NCBI GenBank assembly: GCA_019057385.1
Contig: JAHQJS010000004.1
Coordinates: forward strand, 1,234,539 to 1,298,538
DNA: 64,000 nucleotides
Reading direction: 5' to 3'
From: Candidatus Borrarchaeum weybense
GTDB lineage: Archaea; Asgardarchaeota; Sifarchaeia; Borrarchaeales; Borrarchaeaceae
Shown here: one piece after another, positions 10,442 to 19,182 of the stretch
How positions within the stretch are numbered: the stretch's first letter is position 1
How the letters are laid out: each line of letters opens with the position of its first letter
Notes under the pieces: model-generated
Database searches by the model: none
What the model was told of the DNA's origin: nothing
Seen by the model: the letters and a program-made list of their open reading frames with translations, nothing else
Translations under genes and position numbers: made by a program

Positions 10442-11584
10442 ATGGAAAGTGAAATAACAAAATACCTATCTGAAACAATTGGTGAGCGACTTGCAGGATC
10501 TGAAGCTGATCGAAAAGCAGCAGAGTATATCGCAGGGAAAATGAAAGAACTTGGGTTAGAGGTCGAATACCAAAAATTCAAGTTTGTTGGCTGGGAAATA
10601 ACTCGGAAAGCAAGATTAGAACTATTACAACCTGAGCAGAAGGAAATCCTCACAGGGAGTTTAATGTTTAGTGAGAGTACTCCTGAGGGAGGCATTATAG
10701 GAAAGATTAAGTACGTCGGAATCCAGTATGTAATCCCCAAGCTCTTCGAATGGCCCAAGTATGCCATAGTCGATGACAAGGGAAATCATCTTGGTTACAT
10801 TTTGGCTCATATAGATGGGCCTGCTATGAATTTCGTATTGACTGATATGGGAAAAGATTATGGATGTGCCCCTTACGTTATAGTTGGGCAAGAGATACAT
10901 ACTTATTTTCAAGAAAAATTAGCAGCTGGCGAAGAAATAAGTGTAAGAATGGATACCGCTGGAAAACATGCGCCAAGTCTTGAAACGCAGAACGTAATCG
11001 GTACGCTACGAGGTTCTGCTTTACCAGATGAAGAAATAATTGTATGTGGACACTATGATTGTGGTTTTGAATCTCATGGTGCTGATGATAATGCAAGCGG
11101 TATAGATGCTATGTTAAGAGCAGCTAAAGCGCTAGTTGAGAAGGGCGGAACTAAGAAAACAGTGAAATTTGTCGCATTCGGGGCTGAAGAATATCTCCTT
11201 TATGGGTCTTATTATTATGCTAAAACATTAAAAGAACAAGGACAGCTTGCTAGAGTAAAAAATGTTATCAATCTTGATATGGTGGGCTCAGGGGAATTCT
11301 TGTGGGTCTGGGTAGCTCCTGAAAGTTTTAAACAACAAGTTGCCGATGCCTTGGATCAATCTATTAAAGGTGAGTTTGATATCCAATGGAATCTAGAACT
11401 CCTCCCCGCAAGTGATCACTGGCCCTTCTTTGAAGAAGGGGTTCCGTCGGTACACCTCATTTTCTGGCCTTATGAATATCTGCATCAAGAACATGATAGT
11501 TACGATAAAATTGAAGTAGATAAAATCGAAAAGGCAGCAAAAGCGACAACAGCCATAGCTGAACGCCTAGCTGGTGTGAGCTAA
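10442..11584 (+). CDS. M28 family metallopeptidase (PA-like insert, no signal peptide)
   Basis: GHYD, GADDNASG, AEE, NLDMVG and SDH metal ligands; start ATG 10442 behind AGGTGA. Confidence 0.85.
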   Translation: MESEITKYLSETIGERLAGSEADRKAAEYIAGKMKELGLEVEYQKFKFVGWEITRKARLELLQPEQKEILTGSLMFSESTPEGGIIGKIKYVGIQYVIPKLFEWPKYAIVDDKGNHLGYILAHIDGPAMNFVLTDMGKDYGCAPYVIVGQEIHTYFQEKLAAGEEISVRMDTAGKHAPSLETQNVIGTLRGSALPDEEIIVCGHYDCGFESHGADDNASGIDAMLRAAKALVEKGGTKKTVKFVAFGAEEYLLYGSYYYAKTLKEQGQLARVKNVINLDMVGSGEFLWVWVAPESFKQQVADALDQSIKGEFDIQWNLELLPASDHWPFFEEGVPSVHLIFWPYEYLHQEHDSYDKIEVDKIEKAAKATTAIAERLAGVS

Positions 11585-11610
11585 GTCGTTTTTTTACTTT
11601 TTTTTCCATT
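11585..11610 (+). terminator. Oligo-T archaeal terminator
   Basis: T-runs (GTTTTTTTACTTTTTTTCC) directly after the stop codon. Confidence 0.5.
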
Positions 11611-11689
11611 TGTAACAAGACTATATTTATAATACGTCTTATATGAAAAGAAGATATCACTCTGATATTATTGAGAAGGTGAATTTAAA

Positions 11690-12838
11690 ATGGTAAGTGA
11701 AGTAACGAAATACTTATCTGAAACAATTGGTGAGCGACGGGCAGGAACTGAAGCTGATAAAAAAGCGACAGAATATATTGCTAGGAAAATGAAAGAGATT
11801 GGATTAGAAGTAGAGATCCAAAAATTCAAGTTTCTTGGTTGGGAAATGACTCGAAGACCGATGTTAGAATTAGTAGAACCTCAGCAAAAGGAATTACCCT
11901 CAGGCGTTTTTATGTTCAGTGAAAGTACTCCAGAAGGAGGCATCACGGGGAAATTAGAGTACATCGGGATCATGCCCTTCATACCTAAGCTTTTTGAATG
12001 GCCAAAATACGCTGTTGTTGATGACGCTGGAAATCATCTTGGCTATATCATAGGACATATTGATGGACCAGCTATCAATTTCACACTTATGGAAATCGGG
12101 AAGACATATGGATGTGCACCCTATATCATGACAGATCAGGAAACCCATGAATATTTTCAGGAGAAACTAGCTGCTGGTGAAGAAATCCGCGTGCGCATAG
12201 ATACCGCTGGAAAACTTGTACCTGGTCTTGAGACACAAAACGTAATCGGTACGCTACGAGGTTCTGCTTTACCAGATGAAGAAATAATTGTATGCGCTCA
12301 TCACGACAGTACTTATGAATCACATGGAGCTAATGATAACGCAAGCGGTGTAGATGCTGTATTAAGAGTCGCAAAAAATTTAATCGAGAAAGGGGGAACT
12401 AAGAAAACAGTGAAATTTATCACCTTTGCAGCCGAAGAATATCTCTTTTTTGGATCTTACTATTATGTAAAAACACTAAAAGAAAAAGACCCCTCCAGTA
12501 TTGCTAGAATAAAAAACGTCGTAAACCTGGATATGGTCGGCGTAGGAGAATATCTATGGGTATGGGTGGCTCCTGACAGTTTTAGACATCAAGTTGACGA
12601 GGCTTTGAAAGAGTCCATCAAAGATGAGTTTGATATTCAATGGAATCCCGAACTCCTTCCTGCGAGTGATCATTGGCCTTTCTTTGAACAAGGTATTCCC
12701 TCTGTAATGTTAATTTTCTGGCCTCACGAACAATATCATCTCTCGACCGATATGATCACTGAAATTGACGATGATAAAATCGAGAAGACAGCAAAAGCAG
12801 CGACAGCTATAGCCGAACGTCTAGCAGGTGTTAATTAG
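11690..12838 (+). CDS. M28 family metallopeptidase, tandem duplicate
   Basis: AHHD, GANDNASG, AEE, NLDMVG, SDH; collinear with 10442..11584. Confidence 0.85.
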   Translation: MVSEVTKYLSETIGERRAGTEADKKATEYIARKMKEIGLEVEIQKFKFLGWEMTRRPMLELVEPQQKELPSGVFMFSESTPEGGITGKLEYIGIMPFIPKLFEWPKYAVVDDAGNHLGYIIGHIDGPAINFTLMEIGKTYGCAPYIMTDQETHEYFQEKLAAGEEIRVRIDTAGKLVPGLETQNVIGTLRGSALPDEEIIVCAHHDSTYESHGANDNASGVDAVLRVAKNLIEKGGTKKTVKFITFAAEEYLFFGSYYYVKTLKEKDPSSIARIKNVVNLDMVGVGEYLWVWVAPDSFRHQVDEALKESIKDEFDIQWNPELLPASDHWPFFEQGIPSVMLIFWPHEQYHLSTDMITEIDDDKIEKTAKAATAIAERLAGVN

Positions 12839-12891
12839 TCTTATTTTAACTTCCTTCTTTTCTATAGTTTAGTCTTATTCTTCTTTTACAC

Positions 12892-14706
12892 TTAGGGATG
12901 AAATTTCTTGAAAATGTATGTTGCCACTGTATCAGAAATTGAGGGAATGCTTTCTAACTCTTCGATAGAAGCAGTCTTTATCTTTTCAAGCGATCCAAAA
13001 TAAGAAAGTAAATCTTGTTTTCGTTTTTTTCCAACTCCTGGAATTTCATCGAGTACAGAATGTGTAACTCTTTTTCTTTTGAGTTTTCGATGATAATTTA
13101 TAGCAAATCTGTGAGCTTCATCTCTGACATTCCTTAATAATAGTAATGCTATATTTTCTTCTGGGAGACTTATTGGTTCATCCTTTTCACGAATATAGAT
13201 TTCTTCATTTTCCTTAGCTAATGCTATGATATCAATTTTCTTCAGATCTAAATCATGGATTACCTCAACAGCTGTATGCAAGTGACCTTTTCCACCGTCA
13301 ATTAGAATTAAGTTTGGCAGGGTTTTTCCTTCTTTGATAACCCTCTTATATCGACGGTGCACTATTTCTTGCATCATGGCATAATCATCTTGCTGATATA
13401 CACTCTTGATTTTAAAATGACGATATTCTGATGGTTTAGGTTTGCCATTGATGAAAACTGCCATTGCGCCTACCGACGCTTCCCCCCTAATATTTGAAAT
13501 ATCAAAAGCCTCTATTCTGTAAGGTAATACTTGAAGTCCTAATACGTTCTTTGTTTCTTCAAGTATGCGTTTTGACGTTTCTGACGACTCTTCGATTTTT
13601 CCCTGAATCAATTGAATCTGGGCATTTTTGTTGACCAATTTAACGAGATTTAGTTCATTTTCCTGTTCTGCAACTCGAATGCTTACTGGTCGCTCCTTGT
13701 ATTTTTGCAACCATTGTTGAATTACTTGAACCTCGTCTTTGTCTATATTTTGCGGAAGGATTATTTCGTTGGGGACAGTCTTTCGCATGGCATAGTATTG
13801 TTTGATAAACCCGGTCAGTAATTCATTGTCATCATCTTTGAAAAATCGTAACAAGAAATGTTCATTCCCCATAATTCTTCCTTCTCTAATAAAAAACACC
13901 TGTACACCTGCACGTTTTCCTTTTTTCGCCAATCCGATTATATCTTGATCTACGGTCACGAGATCTGTTGAGACGACTCGTTGTCTTATTTGAATCTTTT
14001 TCAAGGCATTTATTTGATTCCGAATATGTGCGGCAGTTTCAAATTCTAACTTGTCTGAATGAACCTTCATCTTTCTTTCTAATTGAGCAAGAATTTCTTC
14101 GAAACGTCCCTCCAAAAAAAGAATCGCTTGACGAATCATTTCTTGATATTTTTCTTTTGTTACAGACCCATTACACGGAGCAGAACACAACTTTATACTA
14201 TAATCTAGACAAGGTTTGTATACCTTCTTTCCCAACTCTAGCGAACAGTTCGCAATCTGGAACAGTTTACGCATAGTTCTAAAGATTTTATTCAGATCCC
14301 ATAAGCTAGTAAATGGACCAAAATACTGTGTTCCATCACCTTCATCAACGTCTTTGGCTCGAACAAACAAGATTCTTGGCCATTCTTCATTGACTGTGAT
14401 TTTAATATAGAGATAACTCTTATCGTCAACAAAACGAATATTATAACGCGGTCGATAAATTTTAATGAAATTATTTTCCAAAATAAGTGCTTCTACGTCA
14501 TTATTTGCTACTACAAAGTCAAAATCCTCAATTTTTTCGGCAAGCAATCGAATTCTGGGTGATTGAATACTCTTACTGTGGACGTAGTATGCCAGTCTTT
14601 TTCTTAGTGAATTAGCCTTCCCCACATAAAGAACTTTGCCTTTTTTTCCCTTCAGTAAATAAGTTCCAGGAACATCTGGTACCGTTTGAAGTTTGTCTTT
14701 TAGCAA
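12892..14706 (-). CDS. uvrC: Excinuclease ABC subunit C
   Basis: GIY-YIG-type N-terminus (YVGKANSLRKR), RIEAFDISN, LIDGGKG, RDEAHRFA, HhH GVGKKR. Confidence 0.97.
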   Translation of the reverse strand: MLKDKLQTVPDVPGTYLLKGKKGKVLYVGKANSLRKRLAYYVHSKSIQSPRIRLLAEKIEDFDFVVANNDVEALILENNFIKIYRPRYNIRFVDDKSYLYIKITVNEEWPRILFVRAKDVDEGDGTQYFGPFTSLWDLNKIFRTMRKLFQIANCSLELGKKVYKPCLDYSIKLCSAPCNGSVTKEKYQEMIRQAILFLEGRFEEILAQLERKMKVHSDKLEFETAAHIRNQINALKKIQIRQRVVSTDLVTVDQDIIGLAKKGKRAGVQVFFIREGRIMGNEHFLLRFFKDDDNELLTGFIKQYYAMRKTVPNEIILPQNIDKDEVQVIQQWLQKYKERPVSIRVAEQENELNLVKLVNKNAQIQLIQGKIEESSETSKRILEETKNVLGLQVLPYRIEAFDISNIRGEASVGAMAVFINGKPKPSEYRHFKIKSVYQQDDYAMMQEIVHRRYKRVIKEGKTLPNLILIDGGKGHLHTAVEVIHDLDLKKIDIIALAKENEEIYIREKDEPISLPEENIALLLLRNVRDEAHRFAINYHRKLKRKRVTHSVLDEIPGVGKKRKQDLLSYFGSLEKIKTASIEELESIPSISDTVATYIFKKFHP

Positions 14707-14739
14707 CGGCTTTCAGCCTCGATAATAAATCTTCAATAT

Positions 14740-15744
14740 TCAACTAATTTTTAACACGGCTGCTCCATTAAATCGACTATATTTAAGGTCACTCAGAGCT
14801 TGATTTGCATTTTCCAATGAATAAGGGACAGTTTCCGTTTTTATTTCGATTTCCTGGGCTATTTTCAAGAATTCGATGGCATCTTGACGTGTAACATTTG
14901 CAACGCTCACAATCTTACGCTCATGCCATAAAAGATCCCAGGATATCGGCGGAATATCTGATAAATAGATCGCATTTATAGCTAAAGTGCCACCACGATC
15001 GAGTTGTTGAAGTATATCCAACACTAAAGGTCCGGATGGCGCAAATGAGATCGCTCTATCTATTTTTTTAGGAGGTATATCTTTAGAAGTTCCAACCCAA
15101 GCAGCATCAAGTTCTTTCGCGTGTTCTTGATGTTCTTTTGAGCGAGTGAAGACAAAAACCTCACAATCCCAATGGTTAGCAATCTGAATTACTATATGTG
15201 CAGAAGCTCCAAACCCAAACAACCCCAGTGTTTCGCCAGGTTTTACTTCTGACAGTCTAAGGGACCTATAACCAATGACTCCCGCACACATTAAAGGAGC
15301 GGCTTTAATATCATCAAAAGATTCTGGTAGAAGATAAATATAATCGCTGGGAGCGGTTACAAATTCTGCAAAACCGCCATTCTCACTAAATCCGGTGAAT
15401 TTGGCATGTGGACATAAGTTTTCTTGGCCTCGAACGCAATATTTACAAGTTTGGTCAGTAGAATAGAGCCATGCAACACCCACACGGTCTCCTTTCTTAA
15501 AATTCTTTACGTTTTCCCCTAATTCATCAACGACAGCCACAATTTCATGTCCAGGTACGATAGGTAATTTGGGTAGGGGATCTAATTCACCCTCAACGAT
15601 GTGTAAATCTGTGTGACACACGCCACAGGTTTTTAATTTAAGTAATACTTCATCCTCAGATAGTGGTCTTTTAATGGGAATGTCCTCCAATTCGAGTGGC
15701 GAGTTTTCGATACTATCAGGCTTTCTAAGAACCATAGCTTTCAT
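14740..15744 (-). CDS. Zn-dependent alcohol dehydrogenase family protein
   Basis: CGVCHTDLH, GHE, GLFGFGASAH; paralogue of 6336..7355. Confidence 0.9.
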   Translation of the reverse strand: MKAMVLRKPDSIENSPLELEDIPIKRPLSEDEVLLKLKTCGVCHTDLHIVEGELDPLPKLPIVPGHEIVAVVDELGENVKNFKKGDRVGVAWLYSTDQTCKYCVRGQENLCPHAKFTGFSENGGFAEFVTAPSDYIYLLPESFDDIKAAPLMCAGVIGYRSLRLSEVKPGETLGLFGFGASAHIVIQIANHWDCEVFVFTRSKEHQEHAKELDAAWVGTSKDIPPKKIDRAISFAPSGPLVLDILQQLDRGGTLAINAIYLSDIPPISWDLLWHERKIVSVANVTRQDAIEFLKIAQEIEIKTETVPYSLENANQALSDLKYSRFNGAAVLKIS

Positions 15745-15963
15745 AATCAAAACCACTTGCTTTTCTCTTCAATTATCTTGTTTATCATACTTTCACAGGA
15801 ATGCTCAATCAGTGTTTGGGATCAATTTACTTATAATGATATTCAAGTGAGCAGTAGTCATTTTGTCCCCTCTTCTTGTAGAGATCATAATTTTAAGAAG
15901 GGATATGAGCGAAAAAATGGTCACCGAAAAAATAGGAGAAAAATATATTCAATTTAACCATTA

Positions 15964-16396
15964 TTAAATAGAAAAACTCCATTCACAGCCTTCCATATAC
16001 GCTGGCGGAAGCCTTATTGGTCTTACTCTAATATTTGGATTTATTTCCTTCGCAAATGCTATAAAATAAGCTCCACTGACTGGTTCGCAAACGAATCTAG
16101 TTCTATCAGCCTTTTTCATTGCTTCAAGAGTTCGGCAATATTCAATATGAAGAATAGCCTCGCTATCAGTGAGCATCTCATAATGGCATTCTACTTGAAG
16201 CATGAATGGTGCACGAATCAATATTTCTAGAGCCGTTTCAAGTGAACTGTCCTGTACATTGAATAACGATCTCAATCGTTTTGCTTCTTTTCTTCCATAT
16301 TTTTTCCATACATCAACGTCTATTTTTAAAGCGCTTTCATAATCAGTCATTTTCTCTGTTGTCAGAAACCATAACGCATCCATAACAAAGAATAAA
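15964..16396 (-). pseudogene. DUF6125-like gene, 3' part (interrupted by tnpB element 1)
   Basis: Frame upstream of Met16383 reads DLFFV-MDALWFL; Cys pattern and C-terminal CEWSF; joins in frame to 17837..17904. Confidence 0.75.
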
Positions 16397-16404
16397 TCAC
16401 TATA

Positions 16405-17836
16405 GTTACTACTTTCGTAGAAAAATATTAAACTTCTTCCATACTAACCACAGGAACAAGTGGAAAGTAGTTAGAGGACTGGGGACCATATACTCCCAGG
16501 GATAGCCCGCGATCTCGTATGTTGCATGCGGCGTTATAGTCGGCGTCACCCTTATAACCGCAAGCTGGACATACGAATTTTTCATCTCGACGGATACCCC
16601 TGCTTCCACACTTGTGACAGACTTGACTCGACCAGTATGGGTACACCTCTATCAGGAAAACACGGTTTTCCTCGCAGAGCAACTCCAATTTGGTACAAGC
16701 ATGACGATAAGCCCAGTGTGAGAGCAGTCGGTTAGTGTAACGATTTCTTCGCTTCTTTTTATATTTTCGCGCTTTCTTACTTCGTCCTTTCTTCACATCT
16801 CGTAAGCGTTCGATCACTAGCACTCTTATTCTCGTGAAATCTATCTTCTTCAACTCACTATTGATGTGTTCTTTAATTATTAGGTGGCTTTTTTTCCTTC
16901 TGTAAAACCGCTCTATTTCCTGTTTCAATGTTCCTCCAACGATTTGACCATCAGATATCACTGCTAGTTTGCGAAAGCCCAGGTCCAGACCTACCATCTC
17001 TCCCAATTTTCTTATTGGGGGCAGTTGCTTCTCGAAGAAGACATCAAGGAAAAAGCCTTGTTTGGTTCTTCGTAGCCTACAGGACTTCAATAACTCCCAA
17101 CCCTTATTATAAAAAGAGTTAAAGTGATGATGTCGTTTGGTTGGCAGATAAATGGGTCTGCCACCTAAAATAGAGATTTTGATCCAGAGGTCAAAGGTGT
17201 TGTTGCCTTTTTTAATTTGCGCAAAGCGTTGGTCCAGTTCAAGTGTGGCTTTACAAATGACTGGTTTGGTTTTTTTGGTACGTTTACGCTGAGACTTGAC
17301 ATTCTGGAGTGCCTGTTTGGCGGCACATTGCTTGTATCGTTCTGTCAGTGATGTCCTTATGTGCAGGTAATATTTTTTAGGGACAAATGAGCCTTCGAAT
17401 ATATTATGATTCCAGAGGGTGTTGATGCATTTCTGCATAAAACTGAGATATTCATCAATTAAGTTATTCAGTATACTTTGTTTAAGTTTAGTCACATAGT
17501 TTAAGCTAAGGGTGGCCCGCCTAATCACGATATTCTCAAATCCTTTCGTATCTCGATATTAAACTATTAGTTACTAAGACACGTACTTAAGAAGAGTATT
17601 AGTCTTTATGATGCGGCTTTACAGAGTTAGTATATACAATCACCTTTTTTTAAGAACAGACTCCCCTTTGTATAAGTAAAATATCAAAAAAGAAAACCGC
17701 TTTCAGCGTTATGAAGTTAGGCAAATTGAGAGGAAACCTGATTGTATGATTACTTCTGATATAACCTCATTAAAACAAATTATGGCGATGTGTTTACGCG
17801 TTTTCTATGATTTCTATATTTTTACCTAAATCTCTT
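16405..17836 (-). mobile_element. Non-autonomous tnpB element 1 (IS607/IS200-605 superfamily, no transposase)
   Basis: Bounded by direct repeat TCACTATA at 16397-16404 and 17837-17844; removing 1440 bp restores a 166-aa ORF; TAGAAA-type subterminal repeats at both ends. Confidence 0.88.
16428..17528 (-). CDS. tnpB: RNA-guided endonuclease TnpB (366 aa, IS607-type)
   Basis: RuvC-I GLDLG, RuvC-II VIERL, Zn finger CHKC..CPAC, RuvC-III DADYNAACNI. Confidence 0.93.
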   Translation of the reverse strand: MIRRATLSLNYVTKLKQSILNNLIDEYLSFMQKCINTLWNHNIFEGSFVPKKYYLHIRTSLTERYKQCAAKQALQNVKSQRKRTKKTKPVICKATLELDQRFAQIKKGNNTFDLWIKISILGGRPIYLPTKRHHHFNSFYNKGWELLKSCRLRRTKQGFFLDVFFEKQLPPIRKLGEMVGLDLGFRKLAVISDGQIVGGTLKQEIERFYRRKKSHLIIKEHINSELKKIDFTRIRVLVIERLRDVKKGRSKKARKYKKKRRNRYTNRLLSHWAYRHACTKLELLCEENRVFLIEVYPYWSSQVCHKCGSRGIRRDEKFVCPACGYKGDADYNAACNIRDRGLSLGVYGPQSSNYFPLVPVVSMEEV

Positions 17837-17904
17837 TCACTATACATTTTAATTAGTTCAATTAAGTCGTGTTTCGAAAAATCCTTGAAGTCTGCTATTT
17901 TCAT
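17837..17904 (-). pseudogene. DUF6125-like gene, 5' part (MKIADFKDFSKHDLIELIKMYS)
   Basis: ATG at 17904 behind AGGTGA; continues in frame into 16396 once the element is removed. Confidence 0.8.
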
Positions 17905-17982
17905 AAGCTCACCTAATTTCGCCTCTTACTTGTTTCAGAACTTCAGATAGTACCAAAAAACGTAGATGAAGAGTAAAATAAT

Positions 17983-18390
17983 TCAAAAATTAAATCTGAC
18001 GGATAATATGTCTTTTATTTTAGTGATAAAAACTTCAGCATCATTTATAGCGCTTCTTGCGTCATCTTCTGATATAAAAGAGACTATTCCGTAATCCGCG
18101 CTTTCTCTAAATGAAAGTAATTTATTTAGAATTCTACCAAACTTTTCTTCTAAGAGGCCTTCTTTAATAACCCGGATTCCAAAAACAACTTGGAGACCTT
18201 TGTGTGTTCTTGTATCTTCTCCTAAAAGATATAAAAGTGCTTTTGAAGCATGAAAAACACTATAGTAGGCTCGACTGATCGCATCCTCGTAAAATTTATT
18301 TTTAAAGAGAAGCTGAGCTGCAGAAATTGCTTTATCTGATCGCTCTATATACTCTTTGGCAATCTTGAACGTGTTTTCTTTTTCACTCAT
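17983..18390 (-). CDS. HEPN domain protein (MNT-associated)
   Basis: AISRAYYSVFHASKALL, THKG, RESADY; true start ATG 18390. Confidence 0.88.
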   Translation of the reverse strand: MSEKENTFKIAKEYIERSDKAISAAQLLFKNKFYEDAISRAYYSVFHASKALLYLLGEDTRTHKGLQVVFGIRVIKEGLLEEKFGRILNKLLSFRESADYGIVSFISEDDARSAINDAEVFITKIKDILSVRFNF

Positions 18391-18791
18391 AATTACCACC
18401 TCAAGGAGACCCCCCAACATGTTGGGGGGAGGAATTGAGGTTGGGCGTTGCTCACACTACCCTTTCTGCGGAGACAGGGTTTGGTGTACCCAACCTCAGG
18501 TGGTGTGTTAATGACGGGTACTCGCAAGTCCCGCCGCTCCCCACACCAAGGGAGTAGGTTCTCTTCGCCAAAGTTATCAGTCAGTACTATACGATGATCA
18601 CTGAGAGTTTCCTCTCTGTTTAAACCACCGTTTACAGAGCAAAGGACTAGAGAAGCATCCTTTGGTGTGTTCTTGAACTCTCCTGATAACGTAGATACCG
18701 CCATAGACTATATGACCTCTCTTAGGCTAATCAACCAATTACTCTTGCTCCTCACGGAACAAGCCCTCTATTTTTTTGGAGGGTGATTGAC
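18391..18791 (-). mobile_element. Protein-less IscB-type (HEARO/omegaRNA) IS200/IS605 MITE, 401 bp
   Basis: Minus strand starts GTCAATCACCC..GGGCTTG..GTTGATTAG and ends AATTCCTCCCCCCAACATGTTGGGGGGTCTCCTTGAGG..; removal gives CGA-TTA-TGA with ATGA overlap of MNT stop and HEPN start. Confidence 0.87.
18520..18791 (-). ncRNA. IscB omegaRNA / HEARO-like RNA scaffold
   Basis: Ordered hallmark blocks CTACGTT, ACACC..GGATGCTTCTCTAGTCC..GCTCTG, TAAACAG..CAGTG, AACTTTGGCGAAGAGAAC; 3' boundary approximate. Confidence 0.8.
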
Positions 18792-19117
18792 AATCGAATG
18801 CCTTCCTTTAGAATGTTCTTAATTATAGGATCTCCTTTCTTATGACGATATTCTTCTTTGGAGAGAAAAACTAAAGAGACAGGCACAGAGTACTTAAGAT
18901 ATATTTCCGAAAGTTCATTTTGAAGAGCGTCCCTTTTATTGTTATCTCCTACAATTAGCAAATCAAGATCACTGTCTGGACGGTAATTACCAGTTGCAAA
19001 TGAACCATAAATAATTGCCAAGTCAATTGATTCTTCATTGTTCTTCAGGATTTTTTTCAGAAGATCAATTATTTCTTTTTCGTATAAATATAACACTCTG
19101 TTGACCTCATAAATCAC
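18752..19117 (-). CDS. Minimal nucleotidyltransferase (MNT); last 12 aa contributed by the MITE
   Basis: YGSFATGNYRPDSDLD (GS-x10-DxD) and ILKEGIRL end typical of MNTs. Confidence 0.88.
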   Translation of the reverse strand: MIYEVNRVLYLYEKEIIDLLKKILKNNEESIDLAIIYGSFATGNYRPDSDLDLLIVGDNNKRDALQNELSEIYLKYSVPVSLVFLSKEEYRHKKGDPIIKNILKEGIRLSITLQKNRGLVP

Positions 19118-19182
19118 AATGTTTTAATAAACAAAATAAAAAAAGTGAGATGACTTATTAATATTTTTCAGTTCCAGTGATC

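Noticed and set aside
16405-17836. Group I intron (IStron) or bulge-helix-bulge intron around tnpB element 1
   Set aside because: Only an isolated AGACUA and a GAAA hairpin were seen; no convincing P3-P7 core or BHB pairing at the junctions of either element. Splicing remains untested rather than supported.
18393-18704. 103-aa ORF inside the MITE, and the 10-aa N-terminal extension of HEPN
   Set aside because: They read through omegaRNA and end-hairpin sequence, with no IscB PLMP/RRXRR/HNH features.
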